Shown: one piece after another, positions 39,423-51,837 of the stretch | How positions within the stretch are numbered: the stretch's first letter is position 1 | Layout: every line of letters starts with the position of its first letter | DNA from: Mobula hypostoma | Taxonomy: Eukaryota | Direction of reading: 5' to 3' | NCBI RefSeq assembly: GCF_963921235.1 | Contig: NC_086097.1 | Coordinates: forward strand, 145,702,001-145,766,000 | DNA length: 64,000 bases | The notes under the pieces: model-generated | The model's input: the letters and a program-made list of their open reading frames with translations, nothing else | Database searches by the model: none | What the model was told of the DNA's origin: nothing | Translations under genes and position numbers: made by a program

Positions 39423-40964
39423 CTGAAGGGAAAGCAGGAAAGATTTCCTTCAATATAACACCTTTCACAATCACAGGAAACCTTAAAGCATCTTACCAGT
39501 TAATTAAGGAGTTCTGCAATGCTGTATTTTTTCTGCAATGCTGCTTTTAATTGTGGATTGTTACTTTCTATTTCCTATGTGATGTTCCAAAGTAGAAAAT
39601 GCAGTTAAAGTTCAGCTTTATTTCTCACATCTACATTGAAACATGCAAATGAAATCAGGGAAGATTGTCTGGACAGCCTACAAGTGTCGCCACATTTCCA
39701 ACACCAATGTGGCATGCAGACAACTCAGTAACCCAAATCCTACAAGAGATTGTGCTAACCACTGCACTATCACGTCATCAGTTTGCATGTAACTGTCCTT
39801 CATGGTGCAGGGGGAAAACTAGCCAGATTTAGTCTGCTTTACTAATATAGATTGAGGGATAAATATTGGTTAGGATAACATCACACAGGGAATAAGAAAT
39901 AACTATCCATAATTAAGTACAAAAATATGCATGGGAAGAGTCTCACTTTTAAGTGGAACAAAAAGGGGGGACATTGTCCAAACCACCTCGGCTGTCCCAG
40001 CTACCTGCATCTTTTCATTGGATAGACACTCATTTGGCACCCAGGAATTACTCCAGTGGGCTAAGGCATCAGCAAGTGAGAATCCCATCAAAGTGGAAGC
40101 TTCCTATGGTGAAACTGCAACTGATTATCCAAAGATGGGAATTCAGAATTTAAAGGAATTTAAAGCTAAAAAATGATGTAAATTCTCAAACGTTACACTG
40201 TTCGACAAATATACAGGGTCTGAAAAGAAACGACTACAAATACATCTCTGTGACAAATATCAACCCTGCATTTCCTGCTGCTATCTGTTATCCAAAAACA
40301 ATAAACTGGGCTGTCCTGGTAGACCCTTTGTTTCTGGCTGCTCCTGCACCACTGATCTCCTCATACCTCAACTCCATACTAATTCCCCTACACTCTAGAT
40401 ACTTCTCATGCCCTCCATCATTCTGATCATTTGAGTACTGATTTAGGGTTCCAACTATAACATCAACAAGTCCTTTCCCACAGCAGATGCTGCTTGATTT
40501 ACTGAGATCCTCCAGCAGATAGCTTATTGCACTATTCTTCGCATGATCCAAAGGATGTGGCCAGTGTTTAGAAAGGAATGCATTCAAAGTTAAATATAGT
40601 TCACTGAATGAGTTATGCAACTGAATCCTAGGCCAGTGATTAATATAAAGTTCAATATATACCAAATAAGCTTATTCCTTTAAACAAAAACACATGGTTG
40701 CAACGAGTAAGTGTGCACCCACAACTCTTCACCACTAAGAGTTTTTCTTACTTGACATCTGTATCTGTTGCAGATTCATGGATGGAAATTAATTATTATG
40801 ATGAAGTAATAATTCTAATTGTGTTATATCGTATCACTGTAGGAAGTAGGAAACCAAACTGATTTTGCACATTATTTGTCAAAACATTAATTCCTACATC
40901 GGTTTAATAAGTTACAATACAGTGGTTATAGTCTAAATTTGAAATTGCAAAGCTTTGTCATCAC

Positions 40965-42610
40965 AGAACAGAACAGAGAACAGTATCTGCTCCTACTTTC
41001 CACCCTAGCAACATGCATCAGTCACCAACTACTCTCTGTGTAAAAAACTGGTCTCACAATTCTCCTTTAAACTTTTTTCTTCTTGTTATTAACATATGTC
41101 CTCCAGTATTTGACATTTCCACCCTGGGAAAAAGACTCAGATTGTCTACCCTACCTACACCTCTCCTAATTCTATAAACATCTATCGGGTTATTTCTCAG
41201 TCCCCAGTACACCAGAGGAAACAATCCAAGTTTGTGAAACCTCTTGCTAAACCATTTAACCACCTTCTCCAAAGTCTCCACATCCTTCCTGTAATGCAGT
41301 AACTAGAGTTGTACACTATACTCCAAATGCAGCCAAATCAAAACTTTGTCATTGAAATATAATTTCCCAACTTTTATACTCAATATCCTGACTGAGAAAG
41401 ACAAGCATGCCATGTGCCTCCTTATCACCCTATCTTCCTGTATCAGCACTTTCAAGGAGCTGTGGACTTGTAACCCAAAATCCCTGTGTTTATCACTGGT
41501 CCTAAGAACACCGCTCTTAAGTTCCTTAACTTTGTCATAGCCGGGGGAGATAGTGGGGATAAAATCCCAATGTGTGTGTCTCAAATAGCCTCTGACAACC
41601 AAGTGCTGCTCCTGGCCTTCATGTGTGGCTTACCTACTAAGCCCAGTGGAACCATTGCTACTGACAGGAGAGGGGCCAATGTGGGTCACTGGTGTCTTAA
41701 AACCAGTTGCTTCGGGCAGAAGGGGCTAGTCAGCCAGCACTGATCGCTCATCTAGGAGAAGGAAAATTCTGATATCAAACCCCCACTGCTTTGTTGCAAT
41801 ACCATTCATGGGGAAAACTTTGAGAGTAAACTCTGTGGAAAAATCTGGAGCTGGAGTCCCTATAACAGTCCTATGTGAGTTCAAAGCTGATTGGCAACTC
41901 CTGCAACACTACTGATACCAGACTGTATTAGTGTCTGCCTTCCTTTGGATTCATTACCAGCACGGAGAGCGGGAGCTTGCTACATGGGCAACAGCTTGCT
42001 CTCCATACTGTACTGCCCTGGCTTGGTGTATTGGCCTATAGATCATGTAGGCAGCTAAGACACAATACCCATTGTTGATCCCGACCAATGGAGGGCTTCA
42101 AGAGCTCTGTCGTATACTTACCTCTTACAGTTGACGTCCTAAAATTTTTTAAAAATGCATTTGTTTAGATTAAATTCCATCTGCTATTTCTCTGCCCAAG
42201 TTTACAACTAGTTCATATGCTGCTGTATCCTTTGACAACCTTCCTGCTTTCTAGAATTCTACCAATTTTCTGAATCAAACTATCTGTATTTTCTTCCAAG
42301 TCATTAATATATAGTATATTACAAACAACAGTGGTCCCAGCACTCATCCTAGCAGAATAACACTTGTCACAGATATCTAGCCAGAGTAACAACCTTCTAT
42401 TACTAATTTCTTTCTTTTACGACCAAGGCAATGTTGTGTCCAATTTCCCGGTCTCCCAGCTCATTGTGGATCTCATATTGCTTAATCTCCGGACCAGCCT
42501 ACCATGAAGGATGTTGCAAAAGGCTTTTCTGAAGTCCATGTAGACAACATCCGCTATCCTACTTTCATTTATCATCTGCATTACTTTCTCTAAATAATAC
42601 TTGCAAGACA
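40965..42610 (-). mobile_element. Old CR1 fragment interrupted by an RTE-related insert (~41535-42100)
   Basis: DVVYMDFRKAF and LIWLHLEYSVQL motifs lie on either side of an unrelated plus-strand repeat. Confidence 0.65.
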
Positions 42611-42690
42611 GGACCACTTGGGCATAATTTCATGCTGAATATTGGTACAAAACAAAGATACAATGCTCATCTTAAATATAACTGACTTAC

Positions 42691-42800
42691 GAAAGAATGC
42701 AATGTGCAGCAGTCATAACCCAGGATCCAGCAATTATGGTTCCACCACACATATGTTGGAAGTAGTTAGGATCAAAGTCATAAGCAAACTGCAGAGAGAC
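42691..42800 (-). CDS. Chymotrypsin-like elastase, exon 3 (catalytic His)
   Basis: 110 nt: [36 protein letters not shown]. Phases 0/2, donor GTAAGT. Confidence 0.97.
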
Positions 42801-43534
42801 CTAAAATAAAAAGAAGACAGAAAAAAGGCATTACAATTTTTTTTCCTTTTCATACAAAATAAACTCAGGTTGGAAAAACTGAATAGCATGGATGTACTTG
42901 TGCAGTCGCCTTTGAAACTTGAGATCAGAACATTAACAAGGTTCACTGGATTATGGAAATGTAGTTTTGGAATATCATTAGTAGACATAAAGGGAAAAAT
43001 CTAGGAAGAATATATCCTCACATCAAACAAAAATTCAAGGAAAAATGTGTTGTGCATTAAACCTTCAAATTAAATGTGCCTGCTGATCTGTGGATACAAA
43101 ATGGGTATCCTGTGCTGATCACAATTTTAAGAGGGTTGTCAGGCCCGAGGAGGGTTAAGGGAGGAAAAAAGGGAGTTCTAAGAACCATCTTGAATGCATA
43201 TGTAATGAATTCATGCAGATACAGAAAAGAAGACTAAAAATTCCCTTTCTTTAAATACATTTGATGAGACAATTAAATAATTAATTTAGTTCATGTGGCC
43301 AACTTTGCCCTTTTGTGCCTATATTTAACAGTAAATGAACTACAGTCAACAGAAACAGTGCATATATTATATGTAATAGAAAAGTCTATATATCATTAAG
43401 ATGAGCACATCCGTGAAGTCATATGCAAACTTTATATACTTGATGAACTCATTTTAAAGTTGTCAGGTTGACGTTTTCTTACAAATATCCTGTTGTGCAT
43501 ATTCAGTGAGCTAGAATTAATAACATTTGCTTAC

Positions 43535-43611
43535 CTGCCATGGCCAGCTGTGTGGCACTGCCTCGTGTCCACCAATAACACGCCCTGTGAGCGGGTTTGC
43601 AGCTATAGCCC
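43535..43611 (-). CDS. Chymotrypsin-like elastase, exon 2 (propeptide and activation site)
   Basis: 77 nt: AIAANPLTGR|VIGGHEAVPHSWPWQ. Phases 1/0, donor GTAAGC. Confidence 0.96.
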
Positions 43612-43761
43612 CTACAATGTAAAAAGGGAAAAAATACAAATTAAGTAAAAGCAATTTAACATGGGAAGAAGTTGTCTTAAGAGTAGTTGTTGTTTTTAAT
43701 TCCTTTGCTTTCCAAACTGGCAATGAAGTAAAAACAACTTTAAGTCACGGTTAAATCTTAC

Positions 43762-43795
43762 TGAGGCAAAGAGTGAAGAGCAAGTACTGGAACAT
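43762..43795 (-). CDS. Chymotrypsin-like elastase, exon 1 (signal peptide)
   Basis: acaacATG, MFQYLLFTLCL + 1 nt, donor GTAAGA. Phase 1 matches exon 2 across a 150-bp intron. TATATTTACATAAGAA lies ~30-45 nt upstream. Confidence 0.85.
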
Positions 43796-46700
43796 GTTGT
43801 TCAAGTATACTTGTCACCCAATTTCTTATGTAAATATATGCATGCATGTATACATATATACACACACACTTCCAAGTGCGTCACAAGATATTGTCCATTC
43901 AAATCTACTGTATAAGATAACAGCCGTTCAAAGACCATTATGTTATTAGAAGACTGTGCCAAATATGCCTGTGAAACTGACCAGACCCAGTGAAAATCAT
44001 CAGTAAAAGAAATTATTTACATCAATTGGTTATCTCAGTTCATACTTTCTCCTCTGCTGTTTGTCGTAAGGACTAGTCCAAAGATTTTGTTGACAGATAT
44101 CTCTGGGATTTTTAACGTTACCATGCTTTCTTGTTCAGTAGTTGTCAGAGTCCAGAAACTTTACTCTCATCCCTTATTCTCCCAGTACTATGAGGTTCCT
44201 TTGGTTTTCATCTTCTACCCGACTGTAGAAGATACAGTGGATTGTCCTTTGCAAGTTCTGCCATCTTCAATGTGGTTCCATCCCTTCCCTTTCAGCAATC
44301 CCTTTGTGTCTTCCTGGTCTGCTTTTTCATCCATAGCAACCACGCGTTTTATGGCACTTTCTATAGAACTACAGTAGATATTACACCTTTAGTCACATAG
44401 GCACAAACAGTTCTTCCAGGAGGAGCAGTGGTTCACTTGGACTTCTTTTAATCTAGGTTATTGTATTCAATTTTCAAGTTGTGGTCTCCTTTGGGGAAAA
44501 CAGTTGCAGATATTGGACTGAAAGTGTTGTATTTGAATGCACACAGCATAAAAAATAAAATGGACGATCTTGAAATTCAGCTATAGATTGGCAAGTATGA
44601 TGTTGTGGCCAACTCTGAAACTTGGCTAAAAGATGGCTGCCATAGGGAGTTGAATGTCCAAGGAGATACGGTGTATTGGAAAGATAGGTTAGTAGGCAGA
44701 GGGGGTGGTGTGGCCCTGTGTATAAGAAATAATATTAAATCATTAGAAAGGGATGACATAGGATCGGAAGGTGTAGAGTCTCTATGGGTTGAGTTAAGAA
44801 ATGGCAAGGGTAAAATGACCCAAATGGCAGTTGTATACAGGCCTCCAAACAGCAGCTAGGATGTGGATTACAAATTACAGTAGGAGATAGAAAAGGCATG
44901 TCAGAAGGGCAATGTCATGATAATCATTGGGGATTTTAAAATGAAAGTGGATTGGGAAAACCAAGCCGGTACTGTACTGGACCTCAAGAGAGAGAATTTG
45001 TAACATGTCTAAGGGAAGGCTTTTTAGAACAGCTTGTTGTTGAGCCCAATAGGGGATCGGCTGTGCTGGATTGGGTGTTGTGCAAGGATCCAGAGGCGAG
45101 CTTATGGTTAAGGAACCTTTAGGAAACAGTGATCACAATATGATTGAGCTCACTTTGAAATTTGAGAGGGAAAAAGTAAATTCCAATGTGCTGGTATTTC
45201 AGTGGAACAAAAGAAATTACAATGGCATGAGAGGGGAACTGGCCAAGGTTGACCGGAAAGGGGCACTAGCAGGAAGGACAGCAGAGCAGCAATGGTTGGA
45301 GGTTCCTGCGAAAAATGAGGGAAATGCAAGACAGATATATTCCAAATAAGAAGAAGTTTTCAAATCGAAGAAGGACACTAACGTGGCTGTCAAGTGAAGT
45401 CAGAGCCAAAGTAAAAGCAAAAGAGAGAGAGAGCATACAAGAGAGGGCATACAAAGAATCCAAAGCTAGTGGGGAAGATAGAGGATTGCGAAGCTTTTAA
45501 AAACTTGCAGAAAGAAATTAAGAAGGTCATTAGAAAGGAAACGATGAATTATGAAAGGAAGCTGGTGACTAATATCAAAGAAGATAGTAAAAGCTTTTTT
45601 AAGTATATAAAGGGTAAAAAAGAGTTGAGGGTAGATATAGGACCAATAGAAAATGACGCAGGAGATATTGTAATGAGAGACGCAGAGATGGCAGAGGAAC
45701 TGAATATGTATTTTATATCAGTCTTCACAGTGGAAGACATCTACAGTACACCAGGCATTCAAGAGTGTCAGGGAAGTGAAGTATGTGCAGTGAAAATTAC
45801 GATTGAGATGGTACTCAGGAAGTTTAATGGTCTGAGGGTGGATAAATCTCCTGGACCTGATGGAATGCACGCTGAGGTTCTGAAGGAAGTAACTGGAGAG
45901 ATTGCGGAAGCACTAACAATGATCTTTGAAGAATCTGGCATTGTACTGGATGACTGGAAAATTGCAAATGTTGTTCTGCTATTTAAGAAGGTAAGGGGCA
46001 GCAGGAAGGAAACTATAGATCTGTTAGCCTGATATCAGTGGTTGGGAACTTGTGGAATCGATAGTTAGGGATGAGATTATGGAGTACCTGGAGGCTCATG
46101 ACAAGAAAGGCCAGAGTCAGCATGGTTTTCTGAAAGGAAAATCCTGCCTGACTAACCTACTGCAGTTTTTTGAGGTAATTACAAAGGAGATGCAGTAGAT
46201 GTGGTGTACTTGGATTTTCAGAAGGCCTTTGACAAGGTGCCGCACATGAGGCTGCTTAGCAAGATAATAGCCCATGGAGTTACAGGGGAGTTACGTGGAG
46301 CATTGGGTGTTTGGCAGAAAACAGAGAGTGGGAATAAATGGATCCTATTCTGGCTGGCTGCCGGTTACCAGTGGAGTTCCACAGGGGTCGGTGTTGGGAC
46401 CACTGCTTTTTACGATGTATGTGAATGATTTGGACAAAGGGATTAATGGATTTGTGGCTAAATTTCCAAATGATACAAAGATGGAGGAGTGCATAGTGTT
46501 GAGGAAACAGAGTGCCTGCAGAGAGACTTAGATGGTTTAGGGGAATGGGCAAAGAAGTGGCAAATGAAATACAATGTTGGAAAGTGTATGGTCATGCACT
46601 TTGGTGGGAGAAATAAATGAGCAGACTATTATTTAGATGGGGAGAGAATTCAAATTGCAGAGATGCAAAGGAACTTGGGAGTCCTTGTGCAGGATACCCT

Positions 46701-49043
46701 AAAGGTTAACCTCCAGGTTGAGTTGGTGGTGAAGAAGGCAAATGCAATGTTGGCATTCATTTCTAGAGGTACAGAATATAAGAGCAGGGATGTGATGTTG
46801 GGGCTCTACAAGGCACTCGTGAAACCACACTTGGAGTATTGTGTGCAGTTTTGGGCTCCCTATTTTAAAAAGGATATACTGACATTTGAGAGGGTTCAGA
46901 GAAGATTCATGAGAATGATTCCAGGAATGAAAGGGTTACTGTATGAGGAACGCCTGGCAATTCTTGGGCTGTATTCCCTGGAGTTCAGGAGAATGAGGGG
47001 GGATCTCATAGAACTATTCCAAATGTTAAAAGGCCTGAACAGATTAGATATGGCAAGGTTATTTCTCATGGTAGGGGAGTCCAGGACAAGAGGGCACGAT
47101 TTCAGGATTGAAGGATGTCCATTTAGAACAGAGATGTGGAGAAATCTGAGATGTGGCTGCCCCCCTCAGCAACAAGTATCTTGTCCTGGATGCTGTTGAG
47201 GGGGATAGCCTGACGGGAGATGCCCATGGTGACCGGGTCTCTGGCGCTGTTGTGCAGGAGGGAAGGAGGGATAAGAGAAATGCGGTAGTCATAGGGGATT
47301 CCATAGTCAGTGGAACGGACAGGAGATTCTGTGAGCCTGATAGAGATACCCACATGGCGTGTTGCCTTCCAGGTGCCAGGGTACGGGATGTCTCGGATCG
47401 GGTCCAGAATAATCTGAAGGGAGAGGGTGAGCAGCCAGTTGTCTTGGTACATGTTGGTACCAATGACATAGATAGGAGAAGGGAGGAGGTCCTGAAGAGA
47501 GATTTCTGGGAGTTAGGAAGGAAGCTGAAAAGCAGGACCTCCAGGGTAGTAATCTCGGGATTGCTACCTGTGCCACGTGCTAGCGAGGGCAAGAATAGCA
47601 GGATCAGGCAGATGAATGCGTGGCTGAGAGACTGGTGCAGGGGGCAGGGCTTCAGATTCTTGGATCATTGGGATCTCTTCTGGGGGAAGTATGACCTGTT
47701 CAAAATGGACAGGTTACCCTTGAACCCGAAGGGGACCAATATCCTGGCGGGAACGTTTAATAGAGCTGTTAGGGAGGGTTTAAACTAAATTTGGCAGGGG
47801 GATGGGAACCGGAATGATAGAGCGGAGGAAGGGGAAAACAGAAGTAAATCTAAGATAGTGAGCAGTAAAGATGTCAGGAAAGACAGGCAGGTGATGGGGC
47901 AAATTTATAGCCATTGGGATGAGTTGCAGTGCAATCGAAGCGAAAAGTACCAAACATTGGTCTTAAGGTGTTATACTTAAGTGCACGCAGCATAAGGAAT
48001 AAGGTGGATGATCTTGTCGTACAGCTACAGATTGGCAGGTATGATATTGTGGCCATCACTGAGACTTGGCTAAAGGATGCATGTCTCTGGGAGCTGAACG
48101 TCCAAGGATACACGGTGTATTGGAAGGATAGGAAGGTAGGCAGAGGGGGAGGCGTGGCTTTATCGGTAAGAAATGATATTAAATCATTAGAAAGAGGTGA
48201 TATAGGATCGGAAGGTGCAGAACCTTTATGGATTGAGCTAAGAAATCGCAGGGGTAAAAGGACTCTGATGGCAGTTATATACAGGCCTCCAAACAGCTGC
48301 AGTGATGTGGACTACAAATTACAATGGGAAATAGAAAAGGCTTGTCAGAAGGGCAGTGTTATGATAATTGTGGGGGATTTTAACATGTGAGTGGATTGGG
48401 AAAATTAGGTCAGCACTGGATCTCAAGAGAGAGAATCTGTAGAATGTTTACAAGGTGGCATTTTAGAACAGCTTGTTGTTGAGCCCACTAGGGGATCGGC
48501 TGTACTGGATTGGGTATTGTGTAATGAACTGGAGGTGATTAGAGAGATTGAGGTGAAGGAACCTTTAGGAGACAATAATCATAACATGATTGAGTTCACT
48601 GTGAAATTTGAAAAAGAGAAGCCAAAATCCGATGTGTCGGTATTTTAGTGGAGTAAAGGAAATTACAGTGGCATGAGAGAGGAACTGGCCAAAGTTGACT
48701 GGAAAGGAACACTGGTAGGAAGGACGGCAGAGCAGCAGTGGCTGGAGTTTATGCGAGAAGTGAGGAAGGTGCAAGACAGGTATATTCCAAAAAAGAAGAA
48801 ATTTTCGAATGGAAGAAAGATGCAACCGTGGCTGACAAGAGAAGTCAAAGCCAAAGTTAAAGCAAAGGAGAGGGCATACAAACAAACCAAAACTAGTGGG
48901 AAGACAGAAGATTGTGTAGTTTTTAAAAGCTTACAAAAGGAAACTAACACGAGGAATTCTGCAGATGTTGGAAATTCAAGCAACACACATCAAAGTTGAT
49001 GGTGAACACAGCAGGCTAGGCAGCATCTCTAGGAAGAGGTACT

Positions 49044-49078
49044 GTCGACATTTCGGGCCGAGACCTTTCGTCGGGACT
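49044..49078 (-). ncRNA. Hammerhead ribozyme copy with a mutated core
   Basis: AGTC-CCGACGA-AAGGTCTCGGCCC-GAAA-TG-TC-GACA. CUGA>CCGA substitution. Confidence 0.6.
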
Positions 49079-51801
49079 AACTGAAGGAAGAGCTCGTAAG
49101 AGATTTGAAAGTGGGAGGGGGAAGGGTGATCCAAAATGATAGGAGAAGACAGGAGGGGGAGGGATGGAGCCAAGAGCTGGACAGGTGATTGGCAAAAGGG
49201 ATATGAGAGGATCATGGGACAGGAGGCCCAGGGAAAAGGAAAGTGGGGGGGAACTCAGAGGATGGGCAAGGGGTATAGTCAGAGGGACAGAGGGAGAAAA
49301 AGGAGAGTGAGAGAAAGAATGTGTGTATATAAATAAATAACGGATAGGGTACGAGGGGGAGGTGGGGCATTAGCGGAAGTTAGAGAAGTCAGTGTTCATG
49401 CCATCAGGTTGGAGGCTACCCAGACGGAATATAAGGTGTTGTTCCTCCAACCTGAGTGTGACTTCATCTTTACAGTAGAGGAGGCCGTGGATAGACATAT
49501 CAGAATGGGAATGGGATGTGGAATTAAAATGTGTGGCCACTGAGAGATCCTGCTTTCTCTGGCGGACAGAGTGTAGATGTTCAGCAAAACGATCTCCCAG
49601 TCTGCGTCGGGTCTCACCAATATATAAAAGGCCACATCGGGAGCACCAGACGCAGTATATCACCCCAGCCGACTCACAGGTGAAGTGTCGCCTCACCTGG
49701 AAGGACTGTCTGGGGTCCTGAATGGTGGTAAGGGAGGAAGTTTAAGGGCATGTGTAGCACTTGTTCCGCTTACAAGGATAAGTGCCAGGAGGGAGATCAG
49801 TGGGGAGGGATGCGGGGGACGAATGGACAAGGGAGTCGTGTAGGGAGCGATCCCTGCGGAAAGCAGAGGGGGAGGAGGGAAAGATGTGCTTAGTGGTGGG
49901 ATCCCATTGGAGGTGGCGGAAGTTACGGAGAATTATATGTTGAACCCGGAGGCTGGTGGGGTGGTAGGTGAGGACCAGGGAAACCCTATTCCTAGTGGGA
50001 TGACAGGAGGATGGAGTGAGAGCAGATGTGTGTGAAATGGGGGAGATGCGTTTGAAAGCAGAGTTGATGGTGGAGGAAGGGAAGCCCCTTTCTTTAAAAA
50101 AGGAGGACATCTCCCTCGTCCTGGAATGAAAAGCCTCATCCTGAGAGCAGATGCGGCGGAGATGGAGCAATTGCAAGAAGGGGATGGCATTTTTGCAAGA
50201 GACAGGGTGAGAAGAGGAATAGTCCAGATAGCTGTGAGAGTCAGTAGGTTTATAGTAGACATCAGTAGATAAGCTTTCTCCAGAGATAGAGACAGAAAGA
50301 TCTAGAAAGGGGAGGGAGGTGTCAGAAATGGACCAGGTAAACTTGAGGGCAGGGTGAAAGTTGGAGGCAAAGTTAATGAAGTCAACGAGCTCAGTATGCG
50401 TGCAGGAAGCAGCGCCAATGCAGTTGTCGATGTAGCGAAGGAAAAGTGGGGGACAGATACCAGAATAGGTATGGAACATAGATTGTTCCACAAAGCCAAC
50501 AAAAAGGCAGGCATAGCTAGGACCCATACGGGTGCCCATAGCTACACCTTTAGTTTGGAGGAAGTGGGAGGAGCTAAGGGAGAGATTATTAAGAGTAAGG
50601 ACTAATTCCGCTAGACGGAGCAGAGTGGTGGTAGAGGGGAACTGATTAGGTCTGGAATCCAAAAAGAAGCGGAGAGCTTTGAGACCTTCCTGATGGGGGA
50701 TGGAAGTATATAAGGACTGGACATCCATGGTGAAAATAAAGCGGTGGGGGCCAGGGAACTTAAAATCATCGAAAAGTTTAAGAGCATGAGAAATGTCACG
50801 AACATAGGTAGGAAGGGATTGAACAAGGGGGGATAAAACCATGTCGAGGTATGCAGAAACGAGTTCCGTGGGGCAGGAGCAAGCTGAGACAATAGGTCGG
50901 CCAGGACAGGCAGGTTTGTGGATCTTGGGTAGGAGGTAGAAACGGGAAGTGCGAGGTGTAGGAACTATAAGGTTGGTAGCAGTGGATGGGAGATCCCCTG
51001 AGCGAATAAAGTCGGTGATGGTGTGGGAGACAATGGCCTGGTGCTCCTTAGTGGGGTCATGATCGAGTGGTAAATAAGAGGAGGTATCTGTGAGTTGTCG
51101 CTATGCCTCAGCAAGGTAGAGGTCAGTACGCCAGACTACAACAGCACCCCCCTTATCGGCGGGTTTAATAATAAGGCTAGCATTAGTGCGGTGGGAGTGG
51201 AGAGCAGAATGTTCGGAAGGCGTAAGGTTGGAATGGGAACAAGGTGCGGTGAAGTCAAGACGGTTGATGTCCCGTTGGCAGTTAGCAATAAAGAGATCCA
51301 GAGCAAGCAGAAGACCAGAGCGGGGTGTCCATGAAGAAGAGGAGGGTTGAAGACAGGAGAGGGGGTCATCAGTGCGGGTGGAAGAGTCCTTGCCGAAGAA
51401 GTGGGTTCGGAGACGGAGACGGCGGAAGAAGAGTTCCGCATCATGGCGATCGCGGAACTCACTGATGTGTGGGCAAAGGGGGACAAAGGTTCTTTCTCTC
51501 TCTCTCTCTCCTTTTTCTCCCTCTGTCCCTCTGACTATACCCCTTGCTCATTCTCTGGGGGTTTTTCCTCCCCCTTTTCCTTCTTTCCCTCTGACTATAC
51601 CCCTTGCCCATCCTCTGGGTTTCCCCCCCTCCCCCTTTTCCTTCTCCCTGGGCCTCCTGTCCCATGATCCTGTCATATCCCTTTTGCCAATCAACTGTCC
51701 AGCTCTTGGCTCCATCCCTCCCCCTCCTGTCTTCTCCTATCATTTTGGATCTCCCCCTCCCCCTCCCACTTTCAAATCTCTTACTAACTTTTCCTTCAAT
51801 T

Positions 51802-51837
51802 AGTCCTGACGAAGGGTCTCAGCCTGAAACGTCGACT
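51802..51837 (+). ncRNA. Minimal type-I hammerhead ribozyme (intact core)
   Basis: AGTC-CTGACGA-AGG(GTCTCAG)CCT-GAAA-CG-TC-GACT. Confidence 0.8.

Noticed and set aside
47153..47788. SGNH/GDSL esterase as a host or horizontally acquired enzyme
   Set aside because: It is the known ORF1 esterase domain of CR1 LINEs, directly upstream of ORF2. A second copy lies at 29487-30050.
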